Shown here one piece after another: positions 18,133 through 26,764 of a DNA stretch of 43,166 bases. The stretch spans positions 1 to 43,166 of the forward strand of contig CAIYOC010000114.1 of the NCBI GenBank assembly GCA_903927725.1. Reading direction: 5' to 3'. This stretch comes from an uncultured bacterium (GTDB lineage: Bacteria > Planctomycetota > Phycisphaerae > Phycisphaerales > SM1A02). Position 1 is the stretch's first letter. Each line of letters starts with the position of its first letter. The translations under genes were made by a program, and so were the position numbers. Under the pieces are notes generated by a model. The model was given only the letters and a program-made list of their open reading frames with translations, had not been told where the DNA came from and made no database searches.

Positions 18133-18492
18133 TCAGAACTGCAGGCCGGCGGTGCGAGCCGCGTCGGCGAGGGCCTTGATGCGGCCGTGGAATCGGAAAC
18201 CGTTGCGGTCGAACACGACCTTCTGCACGCCGACCTTCATGGCGCGCTCGGCGACGGCCTTGCCGATCGTCGCTGCAGCGGCGGAGTTGCCGCCCGGCGC
18301 TGCGCCATCGACGTCGCGGGTGCTGGCGCTCGCGAGCGTGCGGCCCGCGTAGTCGTCGATCACCTGCACGTAGATGTGCTTGAGCGAACGGAAGACGGTG
18401 AGGCGCGGACGATCCGGCGTCCCCTGGATGCGCTTGCGCAGCCCCTTCTTGCGACGGGTGCGCGCGGCGAGCTTCTTGGTGCACTTGTCCAT
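18133..18492 (-). CDS. rplR: 50S ribosomal protein L18
   Basis: 119 aa. [20 protein letters not shown]...[17 protein letters not shown]. Confidence 0.96.
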   Translation of the reverse strand: MDKCTKKLAARTRRKKGLRKRIQGTPDRPRLTVFRSLKHIYVQVIDDYAGRTLASASTRDVDGAAPGGNSAAAATIGKAVAERAMKVGVQKVVFDRNGFRFHGRIKALADAARTAGLQF

Positions 18493-18536
18493 GGTCGTTT
18501 CCTAAAGTTTGGTCAGGGCGTTGGTAGGGCCTGGGA

Positions 18537-19100
18537 TCAGGCGCCGAAGGCCTTGCCCTGCTTGCGCTGGATGACTTCGTCGGAGTACTTCACGCCCTTG
18601 CCGTTGTACGGCTCCGGCTTGCGCTTGCTGCGGATGAGCGAAGCGAAGGCTCCGACCTTCTGGCGGTCGATGCCGGTGATGGTGACGTTCACGCCCTGTT
18701 CGACGGCAACGGTCAGGCCATCGGGAATGGCGAGCTCGATCGGGTCGGCGTAGCCGAGCTTGAGGGTGATCTTCTTGCCGGCGACCTTGGCATCCCAGCC
18801 GACGCCGACGATCTCGAGCTTGCGCTCGTAGCCCTTGGTCACGCCAGCGACCATGTTGTTCAGGGTCGCGCGGGTGGTACCCCAGTAGGCACGGCGGTTG
18901 CCAACGTCGATCTTCGCCGGGTCGTCGACGGTGCAGGTGATGGCCTTCTCGGCCTCGCTGAAGTCCACCTTGACCTCGGGACGGTAGACGAAGCTCGTCT
19001 TGCCCTTCGGCCCTTCGATGCTGACGGTGCGGCTGGCGGCGTTGACCGCGACCTTCACCCCACCGGGGACCGGGATCGACTTCTTTCCGATGCGTGACAT
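18537..19100 (-). CDS. rplF: 50S ribosomal protein L6
   Basis: 187 aa. MSRIGKKSIPVPGGVKV...LEIVGVGWDA...RKPEPYNGKGVKYSDE. Confidence 0.96.
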   Translation of the reverse strand: MSRIGKKSIPVPGGVKVAVNAASRTVSIEGPKGKTSFVYRPEVKVDFSEAEKAITCTVDDPAKIDVGNRRAYWGTTRATLNNMVAGVTKGYERKLEIVGVGWDAKVAGKKITLKLGYADPIELAIPDGLTVAVEQGVNVTITGIDRQKVGAFASLIRSKRKPEPYNGKGVKYSDEVIQRKQGKAFGA

Positions 19101-19125
19101 GGTTCGCTCCTGTTGTTCCGGTGGT

Positions 19126-19524
19126 TCAGCTGACGGTGGCCACGACTTCGCCGCCGACGCGCATCTCGCGCGCCTTGCGGTCGCTCATGACACCGCGGCT
19201 CGTGCTCACGATGGCGATGCCGAGACCCTGCTGCGGACGCGGCAGCGAGTCACAGCCCTTGTAGATGCGGCAACCCACGCTCGAGACGCGCTCGAGGCGG
19301 TGGATCAGGCTTTCGCCGCGCTCGCCGTACTTCAGGGCGACGCGAAGCACGCCCTGCCGGCCGTCGTCGACGACTTCGAAGCCGCCGAGGTAGCCCTCGT
19401 CCACGAGCACCTGGAGGATGCCGCGGTTCAGCTTGTTGTTCAGGCAGGTCACGCTCTTGCGGTTCTGCTTCACCGCATTGCGGATGCGGGTGAGCATGTC
19501 GGCAGTCAGGTCTTGGAGGCTCAT
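19126..19524 (-). CDS. rpsH: 30S ribosomal protein S8
   Basis: 132 aa. DMLTRIRNAVKQNRKSV...GLGIAIVSTSRGVMSDRKAREMRVGGEVVATVS. Confidence 0.96.
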   Translation of the reverse strand: MSLQDLTADMLTRIRNAVKQNRKSVTCLNNKLNRGILQVLVDEGYLGGFEVVDDGRQGVLRVALKYGERGESLIHRLERVSSVGCRIYKGCDSLPRPQQGLGIAIVSTSRGVMSDRKAREMRVGGEVVATVS

Positions 19525-19549
19525 GTGTTGCTCCTGGGTTCGGTGTCGA

Positions 19550-19735
19550 TCACCAGCTCGCCTTGCGCATGCCCGGGATGAGGCCCTGGAGGGCCAGCTC
19601 GCGGAGCATGATGCGGCTGATGCGGAACTTGCGGTAATAGCCGCGCGCGCGGCCGGTCAGCTCGCAGCGGTTGCGCTTGCGGGTGCTGAACTTTGGGGTC
19701 TGCTTCATTCGGGCGAAGGTGCGCTTGCTTGCCAT
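19550..19735 (-). CDS. rpsN: 30S ribosomal protein S14, short (61-aa) type lacking three of four zinc-ribbon cysteines
   Basis: [61 protein letters not shown]. It is colinear with short type-Z S14, but only the first Cys position is retained. Confidence 0.93.
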   Translation of the reverse strand: MASKRTFARMKQTPKFSTRKRNRCELTGRARGYYRKFRISRIMLRELALQGLIPGMRKASW

Positions 19736-19752
19736 GGTTGGTCCTTCGTTGG

Positions 19753-20358
19753 TCAGGCGATGCGCTTGCCGTTCTCGTCACGCCGTTCGAAGGGCATGCC
19801 GAGCTCACCGAGGGCGAAGCGGCTCATCTTGGGGTTGCTGTTGCGGAACACGATGTTGATGTTCATGCCATGGCTGAAGTTGACGTTCGCCATGTTGATC
19901 TCGGGCCACACCGACTGCTCGGTCAGGCCGCACGAGTACGAGCCGCCCTTGTCGAAGGCGCGGTCGCCGAGACCACGGAAGTCCTTGATGCGGGGCGTGG
20001 CCAGGTTGATGAAACGATCCATGAAGGACCACATGCGCTCACGGCGCAGGGTGACCATGAAGCCGCTCGGGGCGCCTTCGCGCACCTTGAAGTTGCTCAC
20101 GCTCTTCTTCGCGAGCACCATGATCGGCTTCTGGCCGCTGATGGTCTTCAGCGTGCCGATGACCGTGTCGCGGTACTCGGGCTTGAGCTTCTGGTTCTCG
20201 AGCTGCTTGCCGACGCCCACGTTGATGACGATCTTCTCGATCGTGGGCGCCTGGTTGACGTTGACCAGGCCGAACTCCTTCATGAGCTTCGGCGTGACGG
20301 TCTCGGCGAACAGCTGCTGCAGCCGGGGGGTGGGGGTGGATGGGACGGCGTGAGGCAT
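19753..20358 (-). CDS. rplE: 50S ribosomal protein L5
   Basis: [40 protein letters not shown]...FRGL...[20 protein letters not shown] at 20356-20358 has GGAG 8 nt upstream. The ORF-track start at 20379 is a GTG extension. Confidence 0.93.
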   Translation of the reverse strand: MPHAVPSTPTPRLQQLFAETVTPKLMKEFGLVNVNQAPTIEKIVINVGVGKQLENQKLKPEYRDTVIGTLKTISGQKPIMVLAKKSVSNFKVREGAPSGFMVTLRRERMWSFMDRFINLATPRIKDFRGLGDRAFDKGGSYSCGLTEQSVWPEINMANVNFSHGMNINIVFRNSNPKMSRFALGELGMPFERRDENGKRIA

Positions 20359-20375
20359 GGTGGTGGCTCCGGGGC

Positions 20376-20723
20376 TCACTTGGCCTTCTTGGCGGTGCGG
20401 GGACCGTGCAGCGTGGAGAGTTCGGCACCGTTGCGGGCCGCCACGCGCACCTTCGAGCCATCGGACTTCGTGGCAAAGCGCACGCGGGTGGGCTTGCCAT
20501 CGACGACCGGGCTCACGTTGCTCATGTGGATGGGCAGTTCCATCTCGACGATCGCGCCCTGCGGACGACCCTGGGTGGGCTTCAGGTGGCGCTTGTGGAT
20601 GTTCACGCCGCGCACCACGACCCGGTTGGCCTTGGTGTCGACCGAGACGATCTCGCCGGTCTTGCCCTTGTCGTCGCCGGCGGTGACGATGACCACGTCA
20701 CCCTTCTTCACGTGCGCTGGCAT
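20376..20723 (-). CDS. rplX: 50S ribosomal protein L24
   Basis: 115 aa. VKKGDVVIVTAGDDKGKTGEIVSV KOW motif. The start shares one base with the rplN stop (TGATG). Confidence 0.95.
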   Translation of the reverse strand: MPAHVKKGDVVIVTAGDDKGKTGEIVSVDTKANRVVVRGVNIHKRHLKPTQGRPQGAIVEMELPIHMSNVSPVVDGKPTRVRFATKSDGSKVRVAARNGAELSTLHGPRTAKKAK

Positions 20724-21109
20724 CAGACCACCTCCGTCGCAAGGCTGACGATCTTCATGTAGTTCTTCTCGCGGAGCTCGCGGGCGACCGCACCGAAGAT
20801 GCGAGTGCCGCGCGGATTGCCGTCGTCGTCGATGAGCACGCAGGCGTTCGTGTCGAAGCGAACGTAGCTGCCATCGTCGCGGCGGACCGGGTAGGAAGCG
20901 CGGACGATCACGGCCTTGGCCTTGTCGCCGCTCTTCACGTCGCCGTTGGGGATCGCGCTCTTGATGGCCACGACGACCTTGTCGCCGACGGTCATGGTGA
21001 GGCGGCGGAAGCGGCCACGGGCAGTGCTCGCGCCGAGCACGCCGATGACCATCACTTCCTTGGCGCCGCTGTTGTCAGCGACATCGAGCCTGGATTCTTT
21101 CTGGATCAT
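20723..21109 (-). CDS. rplN: 50S ribosomal protein L14
   Basis: [19 protein letters not shown]...[50 protein letters not shown]. 128 aa, with a small insertion near residue 27. Confidence 0.96.
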   Translation of the reverse strand: MIQKESRLDVADNSGAKEVMVIGVLGASTARGRFRRLTMTVGDKVVVAIKSAIPNGDVKSGDKAKAVIVRASYPVRRDDGSYVRFDTNACVLIDDDGNPRGTRIFGAVARELREKNYMKIVSLATEVV

Positions 21110-21124
21110 GTCAGTTGCCGGGCG

Positions 21125-21436
21125 TCAGGCGCCCGCCTCCTCTGGCTTGTATTCGAGTCCGGTCGGCGCGCGCTCGACGATGCGGACGAGCGCCCACGAC
21201 TTCGTCTTGGAAACGGGGCGGCACTCGGCCACCTCGACGCGGTCGCCGCGGCGGCTCTCGTTGTTCTCGTCGTGCACGTGCAGCACGGTGCGGCGCTGGA
21301 CGAACTTGTTGTAGCGCGGGTGCTTGGCGACGTAGGCCACGACGACCTTGCGCGTCTTGCTGGTGCGGTCGCTCTCGACCACGCCCACCACGCGGGGGCT
21401 GTTCTCAGGCAGCACCAGGGGCTTCTTCAGGCTCAT
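21125..21436 (-). CDS. rpsQ: 30S ribosomal protein S17
   Basis: 103 aa. VGVVESDRTSKTRKVVVAYVAKHPRYNKFVQRRTVLHVHDENNESRRGDRVEVAECRPVSKTKSW. Confidence 0.95.
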   Translation of the reverse strand: MSLKKPLVLPENSPRVVGVVESDRTSKTRKVVVAYVAKHPRYNKFVQRRTVLHVHDENNESRRGDRVEVAECRPVSKTKSWALVRIVERAPTGLEYKPEEAGA

Positions 21437-21639
21437 CGGGCGGTCTCCTTCTTGGTGGCGCGGGTGTTCTGCTCGGTGAGCAGACGGGCCACGTCACGCT
21501 TGATCTTGCCGAACTGCGAGTGGTCGTTGACCTTCTCGACCATGGTCTGCACGCGGAGGTCGTACAGGCGGCGCTTGAGCCCCTGCACCTCGGCGGAGAT
21601 CTGCTCGTCGGTCAGCTTGCGGATGTCCTTGGCTTCCAT
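21433..21639 (-). CDS. rpmC: 50S ribosomal protein L29
   Basis: 68-aa MEAKDIRKLTDEQISAEVQGLKRRLYDLRVQ.... ATG at 21637-21639. The stop overlaps the rpsQ start. Confidence 0.92.
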   Translation of the reverse strand: MEAKDIRKLTDEQISAEVQGLKRRLYDLRVQTMVEKVNDHSQFGKIKRDVARLLTEQNTRATKKETAR

Positions 21640-21664
21640 GTCTGGTTCCTCGGTTGGTCCTGGG

Positions 21665-22084
21665 TCAGACGGCCAGACGACGACCGACAAAGCGGCATCG
21701 GATGGGCATCTTGTGGGCGACGCGGGCGAGGGCCTGCTTGGCAAGCTCCTCGGACACGCCGGCGATCTCGAACAGCATCGTTCCCGGCTTCACGCAGGCT
21801 GCCCAGTAGTCGACATCGGCCTTGCCGGTACCCATTCGGGTTTCCAGCGGCTTCTTCGAGATGGACTTGTGCGGGAAGACGCGGATGTACAGCTTGCCCT
21901 GGCGACGCAGGAAGTGCTGGGCGGCGATGCGGCCGGCTTCGATCTGGCGCCCGCTCACCCAGTGGGTGTCGAGGGCCTGAAGGCCGTAGTCGCCGTAGGC
22001 GACATAGTTGCCGCGCGTGGCGTTGCCCTTCATCTTGCCGCGCTGCATCTTGCGGTGCTTGACTCGTTTTGGCATCAAGGCCAT
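21665..22084 (-). CDS. rplP: 50S ribosomal protein L16
   Basis: 139 aa. MPKRVKHRKMQRGKMKGNATRGN...RMGTGKADVDYWAACVKPGTMLFEI. Confidence 0.97.
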   Translation of the reverse strand: MALMPKRVKHRKMQRGKMKGNATRGNYVAYGDYGLQALDTHWVSGRQIEAGRIAAQHFLRRQGKLYIRVFPHKSISKKPLETRMGTGKADVDYWAACVKPGTMLFEIAGVSEELAKQALARVAHKMPIRCRFVGRRLAV

Positions 22085-22122
22085 GGTTCAGTCCTCTCTG
22101 GGTCCGTTGATCGTTGGGGAAC

Positions 22123-22827
22123 TCAGCGACGTCCGCGGGCGCGCGCACGGCCGCCGGCAGCCTTCGACTGGTATTCCTCTTCCTGGTTGCTCGAGTACAG
22201 GCCCTTGAACACCCACACCTTGACGCCGATGACGCCGTAGGTGGTGGACGAGTGGGCGACGGCGTAATCGACATGTGCCTGCAGGGTGGTCAGCGGGATG
22301 CTGCCCAGGCGCGAGTCGAGCTGGCGGCTCATTTCGGCGCCGCCGAGGCGACCCGAAAGGAGAATGCGGATCCCCTTCGCGCCGTTCTGGATGGCGTTCT
22401 CGCAGCGCATCTTCAGCACGCGGCGGAAGTTCGCACGCTTCTTCAGCTGCTCGCCCATGGTTTCGGCGATGAGCTTGGCATCGATTTCCGGGTTGCGGAC
22501 TTCGACAACCTGCACGGCGACCTTGCGGCCGGTGAGCGCCTGGAGCTCGTTGACGAGCTGCTCACGGCTGGCGCCCTTCTGGCCGAGCACCTGGCCCGGA
22601 CGCGCGGTCTTGATGATGACCGTGAGTTCTTCGCGGGTGCGCTCGATGTGGATGTCGCTCACCGCGGCGAAGGGCGGCGTGCGGTTGAGGCGCTTGTCGA
22701 TGTACGCGCGGATCTTGTGGTCCTCGACCAAGAGCTCGCCGAAGAGCGCCTTGGGGGCGAACCAGCGGCTCTTGTGGGCCTCGGTGACGCCGACGCGGAA
22801 GCCGAACGGATGAACTTTCTGTCCCAT
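22123..22827 (-). CDS. rpsC: 30S ribosomal protein S3
   Basis: 234 aa. MGQKVHPFGFRVGVTEAHKSRWFA, KH domain, GRLGGAEMSR. Confidence 0.97.
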   Translation of the reverse strand: MGQKVHPFGFRVGVTEAHKSRWFAPKALFGELLVEDHKIRAYIDKRLNRTPPFAAVSDIHIERTREELTVIIKTARPGQVLGQKGASREQLVNELQALTGRKVAVQVVEVRNPEIDAKLIAETMGEQLKKRANFRRVLKMRCENAIQNGAKGIRILLSGRLGGAEMSRQLDSRLGSIPLTTLQAHVDYAVAHSSTTYGVIGVKVWVFKGLYSSNQEEEYQSKAAGGRARARGRR

Positions 22828-22839
22828 GTGGTGCTCCGG

Positions 22840-23169
22840 TTACTTGATGTCCACCGCCACGATGATGTGGCTGGTGCGCTTCATGATCGGGTGTGCGCGA
22901 CCGCGGTCCTTCTGCTGGAACCGCTTGATGGTCGGGCCTTCGTCGACACGGCTCTCGACGACGACCAGGCGCGAGACGTCGGCGCTGGCCTGCTCGGCGT
23001 TCGCGATGGCGCTCTTGAGGACGCCCTGCACGAAGTAGGCGCCGCGACGCTTCGAGAACTCGAGCTCGGTCAGCGCATCGGCGACGCCGCGGCCACGGAT
23101 CAGGTCAGCGACCAGACGGGCCTTGCGCGGCGCGATGCGGCAGAACTTGTGTGATGCCTTGTATGCCAT
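22840..23169 (-). CDS. rplV: 50S ribosomal protein L22
   Basis: 109 aa. RIAPRKARLVADLIRGRGVADAL..EGPTIKRFQQKDRGRAHPIMKRTSHI. Confidence 0.96.
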   Translation of the reverse strand: MAYKASHKFCRIAPRKARLVADLIRGRGVADALTELEFSKRRGAYFVQGVLKSAIANAEQASADVSRLVVVESRVDEGPTIKRFQQKDRGRAHPIMKRTSHIIVAVDIK

Positions 23170-23193
23170 GGTGGTGTCCTCGGCGGACCGCGA

Positions 23194-23484
23194 TCAGCCC
23201 TTGCTGCCTTCCGCGATGCCTTCCTTCTTGTTGGTGTGTCCCTTGAAGGTCTTCGTGAGCGAGAACTCGCCCAGCTTGTGGCCGACCATGTCCTCGGTGC
23301 AGTACACGTCGATGAACTTGCGGCCGTTGTGGACCTGGAACGTGAACCCGACGAACTCGGGGACGATGGTGCACGCGCGCGACCAGGTCTTGATCGCGGT
23401 GCGCTTGGTGCTGCCCGAGGCCTTCTCCACCTTGCGGTAGAGCTTCTCGTCGACGAACGGGCCCTTCTTCAGTGATCGTGACAT
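23194..23484 (-). CDS. rpsS: 30S ribosomal protein S19
   Basis: [15 protein letters not shown]...[33 protein letters not shown]. Confidence 0.97.
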   Translation of the reverse strand: MSRSLKKGPFVDEKLYRKVEKASGSTKRTAIKTWSRACTIVPEFVGFTFQVHNGRKFIDVYCTEDMVGHKLGEFSLTKTFKGHTNKKEGIAEGSKG

Positions 23485-23502
23485 GGTTCAGAGTCCTGTG
23501 GT

Positions 23503-24357
23503 TCAGAGCTTGAGCTGGCCGTAGCGGCGGCTGACGCGACGGCGCAGGATGCGCTTGTCGCTGGACTTGCCATAGCGGCGGGTACGACCGCCCTTGGATT
23601 GCGTGCCTGATGCGTTGGTCGGCTCCTGGCCGCCCTTCGAACGGCCTTCACCACCACCGTGCGGGTGCTGGTGGTGGCTCATGGCCACGCCACGGGTGCG
23701 TGGACGGCGGCCGAGCCAGCGGGCGCGACCGGCCTTGCCGAGCACGACGTTGGCATGGTCGGGGTTGCCGACGGCGCCGATGGTGGCCCGGCAATCCAGG
23801 CTGACCTGGCGCATTTCGCCCGACGGCATGACGAGCGTGCCCCAGCGGCCTTCCTTGTTGGAGAGGCGGGCAGCCATGCCAGCGCTGCGGACGAGCTTGC
23901 CGCCGCGACCGGGAATGATCTCGACGTTGTGCACGTCCATACCAGCGGGCACGTGGGCCAGCGGCATGCAGTTTCCCGGGCGAGGATCGATGCTGCCCTT
24001 GCTGCTGGTGACGGTGTCACCGGCCGTGAGGCCCTTGGGAGCGAGGATGTAGCGACGCTCGCCGCAGGGGTACTCGACCAGCGCGATGTGGCACGAGCGG
24101 TTCGGGTCGTATTCGATCCCGATGACCTTCGCGGTGACGTCGAGCTTGTTGCGGGTCCAGTCGATGAGGCGGTAGCGGCGCTTGTGACCGCCGCCCTGCT
24201 GGATGACGGTGAGCTTGCCCTGGCAGTTGCGGCCGCCGGTCTTGTGGAGCGGGCGGAGCAGGCTCTTTTCGGGGCGCTTCTTGGTGACTTCGGCGTGGAT
24301 GTTCACGCTGGCATTGCGCCGGCCGTTGGTGACACGCTTGTAGACGCGGATTGGCAT
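23503..24357 (-). CDS. rplB: 50S ribosomal protein L2
   Basis: 284 aa. GGGHKRRYRLIDW, GRGGKLVRSAG, MSHHQHPHGGGEGRS. Confidence 0.97.
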   Translation of the reverse strand: MPIRVYKRVTNGRRNASVNIHAEVTKKRPEKSLLRPLHKTGGRNCQGKLTVIQQGGGHKRRYRLIDWTRNKLDVTAKVIGIEYDPNRSCHIALVEYPCGERRYILAPKGLTAGDTVTSSKGSIDPRPGNCMPLAHVPAGMDVHNVEIIPGRGGKLVRSAGMAARLSNKEGRWGTLVMPSGEMRQVSLDCRATIGAVGNPDHANVVLGKAGRARWLGRRPRTRGVAMSHHQHPHGGGEGRSKGGQEPTNASGTQSKGGRTRRYGKSSDKRILRRRVSRRYGQLKL

Positions 24358-24374
24358 CGTTCAGGCTCCGTGGC

Positions 24375-24656
24375 TCAGAAGAGCTCGATCTTGTCTTCGG
24401 GGTGGATGCGCACGATCGCGCGCTTGGTGACCTTGGCGGGAACCAGGCCGAACTTGTAGATGCGATCGCGGCCACGACGGTTCTGCGTCTGGACGGCCAG
24501 CACGCGGACCTTGTAGATGGCTTGGATCGCATTCTTCACGTCGGTCTTGGTGGCGCGACGGTCGATCTCGAACACGTATTGGTTCGCGGCCTCGTTGGAC
24601 GCGGTCGCCTTCTCGCTGAGCAGCGGGCGACGGATGACGGTGGTGGCTTCCATCAC
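24375..24656 (-). CDS. rplW: 50S ribosomal protein L23
   Basis: 93 aa. VIRRPLLSEKATASNEAANQYVFEIDRRATKTDVKNAIQAIYKVRV. Confidence 0.95.
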   Translation of the reverse strand: MMEATTVIRRPLLSEKATASNEAANQYVFEIDRRATKTDVKNAIQAIYKVRVLAVQTQNRRGRDRIYKFGLVPAKVTKRAIVRIHPEDKIELF

Positions 24657-25318
24657 TTGGTCTCCTTAGCGAAGGCGCTCTGATTGGCGAAGGCGCTCTC
24701 ATCGAGGAACGACTGCAGCGAAGCCTTGTCGACCACGAGGTAGCGGTGGTTGAGCAGGCCGTACGCGCAGAGCTGGTCGACGCTGCAGCAGTCCACGCCG
24801 GCAAGGTTGCGGGCGGACTTGAGTGCAGAGTCGTTGCCGGGGGCGAGCGCCACCAGGCAGGTGCGATCGACTCCGACGGCGCGGATCAGCTTGGCGAAGT
24901 CAGCGGTCTTGGGCGCCTTGAACGACAGCGAGTCAATGCACTTGACTTCGTTGTCGACGAGCTTGGCCAGGAGCGCGTTGCGGTTGGCCAGCCGGCGCAT
25001 CTTCTTGGGGAGCTCGGTGCGGAAGTCCTCGCGCGTGCGGGTCTTCGAGAAGGCGACGCCGCCGCCCTTGCGGTTGGGGACGCGCGCGGCACCGACGCGA
25101 GCGTTGCCGGTGCCCTTCTGCTTGTAGACCTTGCGGGTCGAGCCCTCGACCGAGCCGCGGCTCTTGGTGCGGGCTGAGCCCTGCCGCTGGTTGCCGTGGG
25201 TCGTGACGTAGGCCTGCTTGAGGAGCGCAACGCGCACCTCTCCGCCGAGCGTGGCGGGGTCGATCTTGAGCGAGTCGACCTGCTTGCCTTCCTTGTTGTA
25301 GATGGGAAGTTCGATCAT
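24653..25318 (-). CDS. rplD: 50S ribosomal protein L4
   Basis: MIELPIYNKEGKQVDSL...YKQKGTGNARVGAARVPNRKGGGVAF. ATG at 25316-25318 is preceded by GAAGGAAAG. The stop overlaps the rplW start. Confidence 0.94.
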   Translation of the reverse strand: MIELPIYNKEGKQVDSLKIDPATLGGEVRVALLKQAYVTTHGNQRQGSARTKSRGSVEGSTRKVYKQKGTGNARVGAARVPNRKGGGVAFSKTRTREDFRTELPKKMRRLANRNALLAKLVDNEVKCIDSLSFKAPKTADFAKLIRAVGVDRTCLVALAPGNDSALKSARNLAGVDCCSVDQLCAYGLLNHRYLVVDKASLQSFLDESAFANQSAFAKETK

Positions 25319-25504
25319 GGTTCTTTCCTTCGGCGGGATGTCCCGCCATGCGCCTTGCCTGCCTTGCCCCAATCACGACCGAGGGCTCGGACCGGCTTGA
25401 CTCAGGTCCAACAGTCTTGTCGCGATCCCGCGGTTCCCAATCCGCCTGCGCCGTTGGCTCGTGGCCGGGGCGTCAGGTGAAGAGGGCCTGCGGGATCATC
25501 CAGG

Positions 25505-26188
25505 TCACGTGCCGGCCTGGATGCGCGCCTTTCGCTTGTAGAGCCGGTTGCTGGCTCGGATGAACAGATAGCCGTTGCTGGCCCCGGGCACAGCGCCCTT
25601 GACCAGGATGAGATTCTTGGCGGCGTCGATGGACACCACGTCGAGGCAGCGGACGGTCACGCGCTCGTCGCCGACGTGACCGGCCATCTTCTTGCCCTTC
25701 TTGATCTTTGCGCCGTGACCACGGTCGGTGCCGTGGCTGCCGATGGAACCGGGCGAGCGGTGCTTGCGTTCGGTACCGTGGCTGGCGCAGAGGCCCTTGA
25801 AGTTCCACCGCACCATGGTGCCGGTGAAACCCTTGCCCTTGCTGGTGCCGATGACGTCGACGAACTTGATGCCGTCGAGGCAGCTCGCATCGATGCGCTG
25901 ACCGAGTTCGAAGCCCTTGGCTTCGTCATCGCTCGCACAGCGGACTTCGCGGTGCACGCGCAGGGGATCGCTGCCAGCCTTGGCATCGTGGCCAATGACG
26001 GGCATGCTGGAGTTGCGGGCGGCCAGTTCCTCGAAGCCGAGCTGCACGGCGGCGTAGCCATCGGTCTCGCTGGTCTTGACCTGCGTGACGACGCAAGGGC
26101 CGGCTTGGATCACCGTGACCGGGACGTTCTTCCCGTCGGCGGTGAAGTAGCGGGTCATTCCAATCTTCTTTCCGATGATGGCTGGCAT
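25505..26188 (-). CDS. rplC: 50S ribosomal protein L3
   Basis: 227 aa. IGKKIGMTRYFTADGKNVPVTVIQAGPCVVTQVKT...SKGKGFTGTMVRWNFKG...PGSIGS. Confidence 0.97.
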   Translation of the reverse strand: MPAIIGKKIGMTRYFTADGKNVPVTVIQAGPCVVTQVKTSETDGYAAVQLGFEELAARNSSMPVIGHDAKAGSDPLRVHREVRCASDDEAKGFELGQRIDASCLDGIKFVDVIGTSKGKGFTGTMVRWNFKGLCASHGTERKHRSPGSIGSHGTDRGHGAKIKKGKKMAGHVGDERVTVRCLDVVSIDAAKNLILVKGAVPGASNGYLFIRASNRLYKRKARIQAGT

Positions 26189-26286
26189 GGCTTGATGCTC
26201 GGTTCAGGGACTGGCCAGAGGTCGCTTGGACTTGGCCCTTGCGGGACACTCCGGCGCGCGGGGCGCCGGATGACAGGGTGATTCGA

Positions 26287-26592
<306 letters not shown>

Positions 26593-26696
26593 GTTCGTTC
26601 GTGCCTTGATTTCTAGGTTCGTTCGTCGTCTTCCCTGCAGTCGAGGCACCAAGCGGACGCTGCGGGGATGACCCGTCCGGTTGGGGGGAATCGGCA

Positions 26697-26724
26697 AGAG
26701 TAGCGATCTTCCGCAATCTGTCAA
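26697..26724 (-). promoter_or_regulatory. candidate sigma70-type promoter of the S10 operon (TTGACA - 16 nt - TACTCT on the minus strand)
   Basis: On the minus strand there is a perfect -35 TTGACA (plus coordinates 26719-26724), a 16-nt spacer and TACTCT (26697-26702). This is about 100 nt upstream of the rpsJ ATG, in the only sizeable AT-richer gap upstream of the cluster. Confidence 0.45.
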
Positions 26725-26730
26725 TGCGGG

Positions 26731-26758
26731 TTGAAGGTGAAAGCCAAGTGAATAGGAT
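26731..26758 (+). promoter_or_regulatory. candidate promoter of the 26765 operon (TTGAAG - 16 nt - TAGGAT)
   Basis: TTGAAG at 26731-26736, 16-nt spacer, TAGGAT at 26753-26758. The -10 element ends 6 nt before the ATG at 26765, which would imply a leaderless or near-leaderless transcript. Confidence 0.3.
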
Positions 26759-26764
26759 GCTGCG

